From assembly GCA_030704615.1 (NCBI GenBank), contig CM060733.1:47492001-47556000 (forward strand): a stretch of DNA of 64,000 nucleotides, read 5' to 3'. The stretch is from Takakia lepidozioides (lineage: Eukaryota; Plantae; Bryophyta). The notes below the pieces were generated by a model. That model was not told the DNA's origin and did no database searches. It saw nothing but the letters and a program-made list of their open reading frames with translations. Position 1 is the first letter of the stretch, and the number at the start of each line of letters is the position of its first letter. Made by a program: the position numbers and the translations under genes. Shown here piece after piece: positions 12,420 to 24,339 of this stretch.

Positions 12420-13360
12420 GATGTCGGCTGAAGGGGAGAAGCCGGCACCGTGCCGTCACATTACTACCCCGAATGGAAATTCGGCACCCAATACCCAACA
12501 GGGGCCGCACGGATGAAGTCGTCTGGGGCAGAGATGCCGGCACCTGTCCGACAGAAAACATCCCCGGATGGAAATTCAGCGCCGAATTTCCATTCGGATC
12601 CACCCAAAGGAAGTCCTGTCGGGGGGTCAGGCCGAAAACTGGCCAACCTAAAAACCTCCGCGGATGGAAAAACGGCACCGAATTTCCATCCGAGGCCTTT
12701 CGGATGCAGTCGGTTCGGGGGAAAGACCGCCATCTGGCCCTCACATTACAACCCCCGGACGGAAATTCGGCACCAAATATACAACAGGGGAAGCCCGGAT
12801 GAAGTCGCCTCGGGCGCACAGGCCGGCGCGTGTGCGACAGAGAACATCCCCTGGATGGACATTCGGCGCCGAATTTCCATCTGGGCCCCCCAAAGGAAGT
12901 CGTGTCAGGGGGGTCAGGCCGAAAACTGGCCGGCATAAAAACATCCCCAGATGGAAAAACGGCGCCGAATTTCCATCCGGGGCGGTTCGGATGCAGTCGG
13001 GGAGGGGGGAGAGGCCGGCACCTGGCCGTCACATTTCAACCCCCGGACGGAAATTCGGCACCGAATATCCAACAGGGGACGCCCGGATGAAGTCGCCTCG
13101 GGCGTAGAGGCCGGCACGTGTTCGACAGAGAGCATCCCCTATATGGAGATTCGGCGCCGAATTTCCATCCGGGCCCCCCCAAAGGAATCGTGTCGGGGGG
13201 TCAAGCCGAAAACTGGCCGACATAAAAACCTCCCTAGATGGAAAAACGGCGCCGAATTTCCATCCGGGGCCGTTCCAACGCAGTCAGGGAGGGGGGAGAG
13301 GCCGGCACCTGGCCGTCATATTTCAACCCCCGGACGGAAATTCGGCACCGAATATCCATA
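12420..13360. repeat. ~287-bp tandem repeat (about 3 units) in the divergent promoter region of family 1
   Basis: GGATGGAAAAACGGC(A/G)CCGAATTTCC recurs at ~12662, ~12949 and ~13236 (period 287). Each unit carries several GGCGCC/GGCACC-centred inverted motifs. Confidence 0.85.
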
Positions 13361-13374
13361 CGCCAGCGATCCGA

Positions 13375-14070
13375 CTTACCTGCAGGATGGAAATTCGGCG
13401 CCGGATTTCCATCCATCCGGGATTCGAATTACCTGCAGGATGGAAATTCGGCGCCGGATCTCCATCCATCCGCTCTCCGACCAACCTTGCGGATGGAAAT
13501 CCGGCGCCGGATTTCCATCCATCCGCTTCGGAATTACCTGCGTGAGGGAAATTTGGCGCGCCGCCCTACTTGCGCGGATGGAAATCCGGCGCCGGATTTC
13601 CATCCATCCGCTTCCAAATTACCTGCGTGAGGGAAATTTGGCGCGCCGCCCTACCGAATTTGCAGCGCCGACTTACCTGGAGGATGGAAATCCGGCGCCG
13701 GATTTCCATCCATCCCCGCTTTGAATTACCTGCATGATGGAAATTTTGCGCGCCGACCTACTTGGCGGATGGAAATCCGACGTCGGATTTCCATGCATCC
13801 GCTCTTCGAATTACCTGCATGACGGAAATTTTGCGCGCCGACTTAGCTGGCGGATGGAAATCCGGCGCCAGATTTCCATCCATCCGCTCTTCGAATTACC
13901 TGCGTGACGGAAATTTTGCGCGCCGACTTACCTGGCGGATGGAAATCCGGCGCCGGATTTCCATCCATCCGCTCTTGGAATTACATGACTGAAATTTTGC
14001 GCGCCGACTTACCTGGCGGATGGAAATCCGGCGCCGGATTTCCATCCATCCGCTCTTCGAATTACCTGCA
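13375..14070. repeat. Array of 30-bp palindromes GGATGGAAATCCGGCGCCGGATTTCCATCC
   Basis: Perfect copies at 13491-13520, 13576-13605, 13682-13711, 13937-13966 and 14018-14047, plus variants, interspersed with AATTACCTGC and GCGCGCCG motifs. Confidence 0.9.
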
Positions 14071-15290
14071 TGACTGGAAAAATGGCGCCGAATTTCCGTT
14101 TTTGGTGCCAGTCAGATCTGGGACTTAGCCATTTTCGGCCCCGAACTGGAAAAATGGCGCCGAAAAAAAAAACAAAAAAAACAAAAAAAAAAAAAAAAAA
14201 AAAAAAAAAACGCCATTTTTTCAGTTCGGGGCCGAAAAAGGCTAAGTCCCAGATCTGACTGGCACCAAAATCGGAAATTCGGCGCCATTTTTCCAGTTCT
14301 GGGCCCAGTCAGATCTGGGACTTAGCCATTTTCGGCCCCAAACTGGAAAAAATGGCGCCGAAAAAAAAAAACAAAAAAAACGCCATTTCTCCAGTTCGGG
14401 GCCGAAAACGGCTAAGTCCCAGATCTGACTGGCACCCAAAATCGGAAATTCGGCGCCATTTTTCCAGTTCTGGGACTTAGCCATTTTCGGCCCCGAAAAT
14501 GGCTAAGTCCCTACGATGGCTGGAACCGCAACTGGAAATTCGGCACCATTTTTCCAGTTCCGCGCCCTATCAGATCTGGGACTTAGCCATTTTCGGCCCC
14601 GAACTGGAAAAATGGCGCCATTTTTCCAGTTCGGGGCCGAAAATGGCTAAGTCCCTAGGGTGGCTGGCACCAAAATCGGAAATTCGGTGCCATTTTTCTA
14701 GTTCCGGGCCCAGTCAGATCTGGGACTTAGCCATTTTCGGCCCCGAACTGGAGAAATGGCACCGAAAAAAAAAAACAAAAAAAAACAAAAAAAAAAACGC
14801 CATTTTTTTCAGTTCGGGGCCGAAAATGGCTAAGTCCCAGATCTAACTGGCACCAAAATCGGAAATTCGGCGCCATTTTTCCAGTTCCGGGCCCAGTCAG
14901 ATCTGGGACTTGGCCATTTTCGGCCCCGAAATGGAAAAATGGCGCCATTTTTCCAGTTCAAGGCCCCGAAAATGGCTAAGTCCCTAGGGTGGCTGGAACC
15001 GCAACCGGAAATTCGGCGCCATTTTTCCAGTTCCGCGCCCTGTCAGATCTGGGACTTAGCCATTTTTGGCCCCGAACTGGAAAAATGCCGAAAATGGCTA
15101 AGTCCCTAGGGTGGCTGGCAGCAAAATCGGAAATTCGGCGCCATTTTTCCAGTTCAGGGCCCCGCAAATGGCTAAGTCCCTAGGGTGGCTGGAACCGCAA
15201 CCGGAAATTCGGCGCCATTTTTCTAGTTCCGCGCCCAGTCAGTTCTGGGACTTAGCCATTTTCGGGCCCAACCTAGGAAAATGGTGGCGA
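14071..15290. repeat. Scrambled array of GGGACTTAGCC / GGAAATTCGGCGCC modules (remnant of the family-1 intron satellite)
   Basis: Same modules as the 95-bp satellite at 18945-20810, but in both orientations and with poly-A spacers. Confidence 0.85.
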
Positions 15291-15295
15291 AAATG

Positions 15296-15873
15296 GTTTA
15301 CGAGTGAGTGGTCGCATTGTAAGTTGCCTCCTGATTTTGTGAGGCACCTCCCCTCGCTCTTTTATTTCATTGAAAGACCGTTTCTGCTTCTGCTGGTAAT
15401 GACATTCTTCAAGTGGATTTGTTCTTACTGTAGGAGGGACGTCTACACCGCAGTTCATGGGTAGGAGGAACGTGCATTTTTTTGCCAAGGGGGATTTCAT
15501 GCCTAGTCCAGAAAGGGACTACATCCTTTCTACTTATGTTGCCCGACTTGCTTCGGTGTCCATTAGGAGGTGTTCCGAACCTAGTCGTGTACAACAGATT
15601 TTAGACGAGGCAAGCCTCAAGAAAATGAAGATGAGGGAGGAGGCAGCAGCTATTAGAGCCCGTCAGGCTCGTAGATTTGTGTTGGATTCAGCTGAGGAAA
15701 GTGGGGGAGAAGATGCAGAAGATTCCCAGGAGGTGAGGTGGACAGTCCCCCAAGAGGACGAGATTTTTGAGAAGCATAGTGGAACTGATGCATCACAGAG
15801 CTCGGAGGATGAGGGGGATGAGGGGGATGAAGAAGAAGGTGGGGCAAGTTCCTCGGAGGGTGTAGGAGAGTAG
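15296..15873 (+). pseudogene. Orphaned 3' end (last exon) of the family-1 ParB-MTase-like gene
   Basis: Near identical to 31321-31918: MPSPERDYIL..RRFVLDSAEES..acidic tail. Confidence 0.8.
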
Positions 15874-16470
15874 TGCCCATTCCGGCTATGACAGTTAGAA
15901 CACACTTGTATAGACATGGTTTGCCACAAAATTTGCAATAAAATGTTGCATTTCAAGTCCAATGGTGCCACATTCCAACTTCACATGACCCTATTTCCGT
16001 GCCTCCTAACCCTATTTCCGTGGACTCACAATGGTCTGCTCATGCTTTTTTTTCCGCTCATGCTCATGCCGCTCATGAAATAGCAGCCTCCCCTGATATG
16101 ATCCTATAACAAGAAGATAGTGATCATCTGAAAGTTTTAATTACAGATAACCTGAGTTACCATCCACACAAGCCAGCCTCTCATTCGCTTTGGCAGCTGC
16201 TCACTGTGTCGAGCTGCTCTATCTCTCCATTGAGGGGGCTGCTATTTCATGAGCGGCATGAGCATGAGCAGCATGAGCATGAGCGGAAAAAAAAAAAAGC
16301 ATGAGCAGACCATTGTGAGTCCACGGAAATAGGGTTAGGAGGCACGGAAATAGGGTCATGTGAAGTTGGAATGTGGCACCAGTGGACTTGAAATGCAACA
16401 TTTTATTGCAAATTTTGTGGCAAGCCACGTCTATACAAGTGTGTTCTAACTGTCATAGCCGGAATGGGCA

Positions 16471-19400
16471 CTACTCTCCTACACCCTCCGAGGAACTTGC
16501 CCCACCTTCTTCCTCATCCCCCTCGTCCTCGGAGCTCTGTGATGCATCAGTTCCACTATGCCTCTCAAAAATCCCGTCCTCTCCTTGGGGGACTGTCCAC
16601 CTCACCTCCTAGGAATCTTCTGCGTCTTCTCCCCCACTTTCCTCAGCAGAATCCAACACAAATCTACGAGCCCGACGGGCTCTAATAGCTGCTGCCTCCT
16701 CCCTCATCTTCATTTTCTTGAGGCTTGCCTCGTCTAAAATCTGCTGTACACGACTATGTTCGGAACACCTCCTAATGGACACCGAAGCAAGCCGGGCAGC
16801 ATAAGTAGGAAGGATGTACTCCCTTTTCTGGACTAGGCATGAAATCCCCCCTGGCAAAAAAAAGCACGTTCCTCCTGCCCATGAACTCCGGTGTAGACGT
16901 CCCTCCGGCAGTACTTGGCATCCTACAGTATGAACAAATCCACTTCAAGAATGTCAATACCAGCACAACCAGAAAGGGTTTTCAATGAAATAAGAGAGCG
17001 GAGGGAGGTGCCTCACAAAATCTGGAGGCAACTTACAATGCCACCACTCACTCGTAAACCGGGGGCTCCTCGGCCTCGATCCCAACTTCCTCCCCCTACT
17101 CCTTCTCGGATTTTTCCTCATCCTCCGAGGATGCCTCTTCCTCTTTCGGCAGACGTTCAGCCGCTGCAAGTTCCGAGTTGTGGAGGGCAGTATCTGGCTC
17201 GAAGGCGAACACATGCCTGTCGGACAACGTCCTTGCCCACATTGAAGCACCTGAGGAACAAAGCGGGCGGTTAATAGCTTGCGGCATGCAATTGCAATCG
17301 GGCCAGGGGACAAACTGAGCACATGAAGGCTTACCCGTGCCGCATGTGAGGTCCAGAATCCGCCCTTGGACATCCGAGCACGTCTCCATGAGGGTTTGGA
17401 TGAAAGCAGGGCTCCGGGTCCGGCTGTACCGCCACGGTTTGCCTGTCTTTGTGTCCTTCGGCATACTAGAGTGAGGCACATAGTTGTAGAGTTACAGGGT
17501 CCACAGCGGCATCAACAAGACGACCGTCGTTGCGGAATTTGAACGTAGACCCTCTCTTCACAAAGCAATATGCCTCAAACACCAATGTCTGCACATCCAA
17601 CAAAGAAGGGATCAATTCCAGGGTCTACTTAACATACACCACAATATGAAGTGAATGCAATAGATTGATAACTTACACTTTGGCCCTCTGTTCGCAACCC
17701 CTGCGTACTGATGCAGAACCATTTTATGAGGAGGACCGGGGTGACACTTTTCGGTGTCCACCTTGCCACCGCATTCTCTGTGGTCTTCCCTCTCGTGGCA
17801 AGGACAACCACACATCCACCGTCATCCAAAAGCATCCCCGCCAGCCCAAACCCGGCTTTCCAGTAGTCCTCAGTAAACCTGTTCCAGGTGGGCACACCAT
17901 CCAGGCCCTCCAGCAGCTCCCCATCTGGAATGTCGAGGAGAATCATGTCGCAAGCTCTCTCCACCTCAACCCCCCCCCCCCCCCCCCGAGTGCTCTTGCA
18001 ATTTGTGCTCACAGCCGTGAAGAATTCCATCATGGCTTCAAAACCAGGGGTGTCTTTAGGCTCTGTACCGCCAGCCCTCTTCTTGGCTTTCCCTTTCTGC
18101 TCCGCCAGAGACTTGTTGTGTGCCACCTTCTTCGCCCTGGCAGCGAGAGCGTCAAGGAAGCTCTCATTGACGCATTGGATGATGGTTGGAGGTTCTAGCT
18201 TTGGCCTGTGCGTAAACGTCACCGCCGAATACCGGCGTGTAGGCTCGCCCTCAAATGCCAACTTCTTGGCAGAGCCAATCCCACTCCGAACTGACTTGGG
18301 AACCCGGACGACCGGTGACTGGGTAGGAGCAACAGCAGTCGCAGGACCTTGAACAAAGTCGTCGTCCGAGTCACTCTCTTGGGTCCCCTCCTGCGCCTCC
18401 TCCGATGCCCCGATGGTTTTCTTCTTTTTGGGTGTTACTGCAGTCACCTGTTTCCTTGTCCTTTTCCTTTGACCTTTACTCTTCTCATGCAATTTCTCCT
18501 GAATTCCTACCTGAGCAAGCTCTGCCGCTTTCCTGGAGTTCACAAGCGCTTTTGCCTCTTTTGCACCCAACGGAGGCAGCGGAGCCCGGTTTCGTCGGAA
18601 TCCAGCATCCAGCTTCAATTGAAACTCGGATGGGTCGAGCGAGCCGGGCGGAAGGTCCACATACCAAGGGCAATCACGCAAATGTTCCAGATGCCACTCC
18701 TTCACAATATCGTCAGTGTACATGGAGTCAGCCCGAGGGTTCCTCCATGCCAGGAAGAATGGTGGCTCGAAAGACAGATGACCTTTCTCCAAAAGGGAGA
18801 ACTTGCAGTACCTGCATTCATGAAAAACACAATGAGGTCCCTGAAATGCATATTCGGCACCATTTTCCCAGGTTGGGGGGGATGTGAGTGGGCCTAGAAA
18901 TGGAAAAATGGCGCCGAATTTCGGTTTTTGGTGACTGCCACCCTAGGGACTTAGCCATCTTGGGAGCCCTGAACTGGAAATTCGGCGCCATTTTTCCCGG
19001 TTTGGCCCGAAGATGGCTAAGTCCCAGAACCGCAATAGGGCCTAGAACTGGAAAAATGGCGCCGAATTTCCAGTTCAGGGCCAGCCACCCTACGGACTTA
19101 GCCCGGAAATGGCTAAGTCCCTGAACGGCAATAGGGCCTAGAACTGGAAAATGGCGCCGAATTTCCACTTCGGGGCCAGCCACCCTAGGGACTTAGCCCG
19201 AAAATGGCTAAGTCCCTGAACGGCAATAGGGCCTACAACTGGAAAATGGCGCCGAATTTCCACTTCAGGGCCAGCCAGTCTAGGGACTTAGCCCGAAAAT
19301 GGCTAAGTCCCTGAACGGCAATAGGGCCTGGAACTGGAAAACGGCGCCGAATTTCCAGTTCAGGGCCAGCCAGTCTAGGGACTTAGCCTGAAAATGGCTA

Positions 19401-22400
19401 AGTCCCTGGACGGCAATAGGGCCTCGAACTGGAAAACGGCACCGAATTTCCAGTTCCGGGCCAGCCACCCTAGGGACTTAGCCCGAAAATGGCTAAGTCC
19501 CTGGACGGCAATAGGGCCTAGAACTGGAAAACGGCGCCGAATTTCCAGTTCCGGCCCAGCCAGTCTAGGGACTTAGCCCGAAAATGGCTAAGTCCCTCGA
19601 CGGCAATTGGGCCTAGAACTGGAAAACGGCACCGAATTTCCAGTTCCGGGCCAGCCACCCTAGGGACTTAGCTCGAAAATGGCTAAGTCCCTGGACGGCA
19701 ATAGGGCCTAGAACTGGAAAACGGCGCCGAATTTCCACTTCCGGGCCAGCCACCCTAGGGACTTAGCCCGAAAATGGCTAAGTCCCTGAACGGCAATAGG
19801 GCCTGCAACTGGAAAACGGCGCCGAATTTCCAGTTCCGGCCCAGCCAGTCTAGGGACTTAGCCCGAAAATGGCTAAGTCCCTGGACGGCAATTGGGCCTA
19901 GAACTGGAAAACGGCGCCGAATTTCCAGTTCCGGGCCAGCCACCCTAGGGACTTAGCCCGAAAATGGCTAAGTCCCTGGACGGCAATAGGGCCTAGAACT
20001 GGAAAACGGCGCCGAATTTCCAGTTCCGGGCCAGCCACCCTAGGGACTTAGCCCGAAAATGGCTAAGTCCCTGGACGGCAATAGGGCCTGCAACTGGAAA
20101 ATGGCGCCGAATTTCCAGTTCCGGCCCAGCCAGTCTAGGGACTTAGCCCGAAAATGGCTAAGTCCCTGGACGGCAATAGGGCCTAGAACTGGAAAACGGC
20201 GCCGAATTTCCAGTTCCGGGCCAGCCACCCTAGGGACTTAGCCCGAAAATGGCTAAGTCCCTGAACGGCAATAGGGCCTGGAACTGGAAAAGGGCGCCGA
20301 ATTTCCACTTCAGGGCCAGCCAGTCTAGGGACTTAGCCCGAAAATGGCTAAGTCCCTGGACGGCAATAGGGCCTGCAACTGGAAAACGGCGCCGAATTTC
20401 CAGTTCAGGGCCAGCCAGTCTAGGGACTTAGCCCGAAAATGGCTAAGTCCCTGGACGGCAATAGGGCCTGCAACTGGAAAACGGCGCCGAATTTCCAGTT
20501 CCGGGCCAGCCACCCTAGGGACTTAGCCCGAAAATGGCTAAGTCCCTGGACGGCAATAGGGCCTAGAACTGGAAAACGGCGCCGAATTTCCAGTTCCGGG
20601 CCAGCCACCCTAGGGACTTAGCCCGAAAATGGCTAAGTCCCTGGACGGCAATAGGGCCTACAACTGGAAAACGGCGCCGAATTTCCAATTCCGGGCCAGC
20701 CACCCTAGGGACTTAGCCCGAAAATGGCTAAGTCCCTGGACGGCAATAGGGCCTGCAACTGGAAAATGGCGCCGAATTTCCAGTTCCGGGCCAGCCAGTC
20801 TAGGGACTTAGCCATTCTCGGAGCCCTGACTGGAAATTCGGCGCCATTTTCCCTAACACCACTTGAGGCCTCTAACATCCTGAAATGCCAGGACTTGAAA
20901 GAAAGGCAGCGCGTATGTACCTGTACAGAAGGCGCATTGCTGCTTTGTCCGCGTTCGGCTGGTCGGTGAACTCGTGGCTCTGGCGAGCATCTGCTATCTC
21001 CCGAAAGAATAGGTTGGTTTTGTAGAGCAAAAAGTACCTCGTCACATAGTCACGTAGGCTCTCTGCTGCAGGAGATATCTCCATCTTGAACTGATGTACT
21101 TGTGTGTCCAGCTGCTCTTGCGCATTCGTCGTCACCTGTGGAGATTCTCCATCAGATCGCTTTCCTCAAAAAATACAATGAATCCACCCCCTACTAGAGT
21201 AGAAGCCCCAAACGAAGCGTGGGGAAGTACCTGAAACCACCATGTCATGCGGTTCATCCACATGTCGAATGTGGGGTCAGAGAGTTTGTCCGGTTTGGGG
21301 AAGCTCCACATGTCCCTGGTACTTTGGGAACCATTCCAGATTTGGAGCCACCGGGTCTGTCCAACCACCCAGCATATTCGTAAGCGCCAAACACCACAAA
21401 AACGAGTTGTTGCCACCACAATTTGGTTAAGAATGTATCACCTTTTCTGTTGCATCCACACAGGATGTGGCTAGACGATGGAGCTTCTCCAATGTCATCG
21501 TGGGCTTCAGAGCGCGAGAGTAGTGCTTCCCCACCTCCACCAGAAAGTCGGCACCAAGGGCGGGATCAGCTATGGCCACGTACTTTACCATCCGCGACTT
21601 GTACTTTATGCGGGCCCTCACCTCCGCAACTTTAACATACGATTCGAGTTCCGGGAGGGTTGGATTCTTCTCCTCTGACTCCATGTAGAACCTCCGCGCA
21701 TGTGCCAAATCCTGCTGTATTTTCGTCTGTCAAGAATGCGCACATAAGATTAGAGATCCTGCTCAACACAATTTCTTCTATTGGGGGAGGAGAGACAGAT
21801 TAGCTCAACAAAACTGTCAGGAGCTTTACCCAAAATATGTAGTCCACCATGGCGTCGACGCTCAGCCTATACCAGGTTCTGTCTGCCTTTGCCTCCAACT
21901 TGCGCAGGAGGTCGGCACTGAGGGAATTGGCAAACTCTTGCACCCCCTGCTTCCCGACATCCTTCACTCGGAAGAGCATATGGGACAAGTTGGTGGCAAT
22001 GAAGGCATTCTCAGTCACCCTGCAGTGCCACATTTCCATCAAACAATATTGAAATGGGAATTTCCATCATATATGAGGATTCGCAATGAAATGACTTCCA
22101 AATTCAAAGTCCAAAAGCAAGAGGGGTTGTAGCTTACGAGTTGATGTCGGCCATTGCAGCTTTGAGAAGACTGTCCACCATGGCCCCGCAACCTTCAGCA
22201 CAACACAATCCACGGCGAAATGCCAATCGAGGTCGTTGGGGTGGGCTTGGGCAATGTGCTCCATCCATGCCAGGAGGCGATGATTGCCGTCCCACACGTA
22301 GAACATCTTACCGGACAAGTGCTGGAAAAGAGGATCACTAGCAATCGATCTCTCGAACTCCTCATTTCGCGTTTGCCAATGGGGACCCCATTTGTCCACC

Positions 22401-23580
22401 TCATCGGAAGTGTGGGCACGGGAAGCTCCGTGGTCGTTCTCAATGGAAACGTAAAACGCGGCAGACCCCATTCGATATCCATCCCGGAAAGAGAATTTCA
22501 GCTTGTCGATATCGCCTGGGAGGGCAGGTCTCACCACCTGCAATGACACCAAGCGGCAAAGGGGAATTCGAAGCTTGGCCGAGTACACCATGCCCCCCAG
22601 CACCCTGCCAATGTTGCTGTGGGTTGCCTCCAACATCTTGGCAGCGGCCAACTTCATATCCGCCTCAGACATGACGTCTGCTGCAGAGGGGTTTTCCGGC
22701 AGCCCACCAGGACCGCCAAATCCAGCCTGTATGCTCCGGGTTTGGGGCCTGGGGATGTCCGGGAGGATGTCATCCTGGTCAGAAAGCTCCCTGTCCTCCT
22801 CCTCAACAGGGTCAGCCACTGCGAAACCACCTCCAGCACTCTCCCCGTCTCTACTGCCCTCTCCCTGGCTTCACCTCGAACTTGCACAATCCGTGCTCTT
22901 TCAGGTGTTCTTTCCTCTCCTCCACTCTCCACCGTATGGGTAATTGCGGGGGCTGCTCTTGCCCGTGATGGTCTAACCGGTGTGTTACTGCCTCTCTGTG
23001 GTGTCTTGGAGGGATCCACCGTCTCTGTGCGTCCCTCGCTTACATTGGCATCTGTCATTTGGGCACCCCTGGCCTCTTCAGCTGTCTTTTCTCTTTCCTC
23101 CTGGCTAGCATTCTGTCTCGTCTGTTCTTTTGCCCTCTCTTTTGCCCTCTCAGGGCTTTCTGTTTCTTACTAGGGCTAGCAGCAGGGGAGCCCTCCAGGA
23201 CGACCACCTTTGATTGAGGCAAAACTGACACCCTGCGCACACTGCTCACTCCCCCCTCCGAAGCCCGTGACGGCTCTCTCGCCGGGGATTGCATGTGCTT
23301 AGTTTCTTCTTTTTCTTTGCGTGGGCGGGCCCTACTGCATGTGCATGAACAACCTCCATTGCCGGATCTGTTGTCCTCATGTCCTCACGCCCTTCACCTG
23401 CCATGCCGCCTGCACCAACCTCCCCAATGCCTATTCTGTCGTACTCTCGTTGCAAGTCCTCCCGTCCACCAACAAAAGGTTTAAGTTTGCCCTCTCGCCC
23501 AAAGTTGGGCGATTCAAACATGCGATGAGTTGGAGCTGTCGATGATACCACCAGCGTGTCGGGCTTGTCGTCACTCTGTC
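16471..23580 (-). CDS. Multi-exon ParB/Srx-like + beta-class N6A/N4C DNA methyltransferase-like protein (family 1); several apparent frameshifts
   Basis: Low-complexity N-terminus (22800-23550). ParB-like exon KLRIPLCRL..VRP..FYVWDGNHRLLAW (22137-22819). Helical exons 20920-22020. MTase exons CDMILLDIPDG..WN..YW..LLDDGGCVVV (17678-18810) and RSPAFIQTLMETCS..GRILDLTCGTG/ASMWA..DRHVFAFEPD (17050-17590), in the motif order IV..X-I-II of the beta class. GT-AG introns. The start codon is uncertain. Confidence 0.8.
18945..20810. repeat. 95-bp intronic tandem repeat, about 20 units
   Basis: Unit GGGACTTAGCCCGAAAATGGCTAAGTCCCTGGACGGCAATAGGGCCTAGAACTGGAAAACGGCGCCGAATTTCCAGTTCCGGGCCAGCCACCCTA. The ORF track repeats every 95 nt (e.g. 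20325/20420, 20344/20439). Confidence 0.95.
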
Positions 23581-24339
23581 ATTGACAAAAATCGTTGAAT
23601 GAAACCAACATCGGTGCAAAAACCAGCATGGCAACGAGCAGCGCAACCACCATAGCAACAATCGTGTGTAGCAGCAAAAAATGAAAACATAACAAGTTTA
23701 GGAAGTATAGAGAGCCATGCAACAACAATGAAAACAAATGCAACCATTGCCTGAGAATGACATGCACAAGCAGCCTTCTCCAGAGCTGCCGGATTTGCAC
23801 ACCGCATGGCAAACAATCTAAGGTTCACTCAACATCTAAAGTTCACTCATCCAGCGAAGCCAAGCCAGGAATGAAGATGCTAAAACAAAGCGAGGTAACA
23901 AAGCGAAAGCAAAAAGAAATCGAACAAACCGAAAGAAGAAGAAGTGGCTTGCCGAGAGTAGCGTACTCGCTCAGTTGGCGCGGGTTGTGAGCAAGACACT
24001 GGATCTCCTGCTGGAGCTTCAGTTTGGCCATGCGAGAGATTGGTCGTCGTCCGTAGTACAGAGCTTTCAAATTCCGCCGCGGTCTGGATGTGAGGTCTCT
24101 CTCAGGAGAGCCACGCCATTCAGGCGGCATAAGTCCCAGCCAAAAGATCTCTTTTTTGGGGGTAATGCCTCAAATAGCATGTTTAAGCCAAGATTAGCAT
24201 GAGATTTAGGGTACGTGTCCAGGAAGCCATGCGTCGCCAGCCCGAATGATAACCGACGGCGGGTCGAAATTTATTGCCCAACTGCGCAATTAAATGTCGG
24301 ATGAAGCCCTCCATGTCGGATGAAAATCGACGTAAACAG

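Larger units (their letters stand above)
10697..16091. mobile_element. Family-1 MULE, internally deleted non-autonomous copy (~5.4 kb) with TIRs and 9-bp TSD
   Basis: Left TIR AGGTTAGCTATTTCATGAGCATGAGCGGCATGAGC.. and right TIR ..GCTCATGCCGCTCATGAAATAGCAGCCTCC. Direct repeat CCTGATATG(A) at 10688-10697 and 16092-16101; a 9-10 bp TSD is typical of Mutator. Confidence 0.9.

Noticed and set aside
12322-15464. Many overlapping ORFs (MEIRRRISI.., MAKSL.., WKFGA..), also at 18818-20969, 24183-25864 and 28690-29271
   Set aside because: These are translations of GC-rich palindromic repeats in all frames, with no evidence of coding.
18945-20810. CRISPR-like array
   Set aside because: The segments between palindromes are near-identical rather than unique spacers, there are no cas genes, and the context is a eukaryotic intron.
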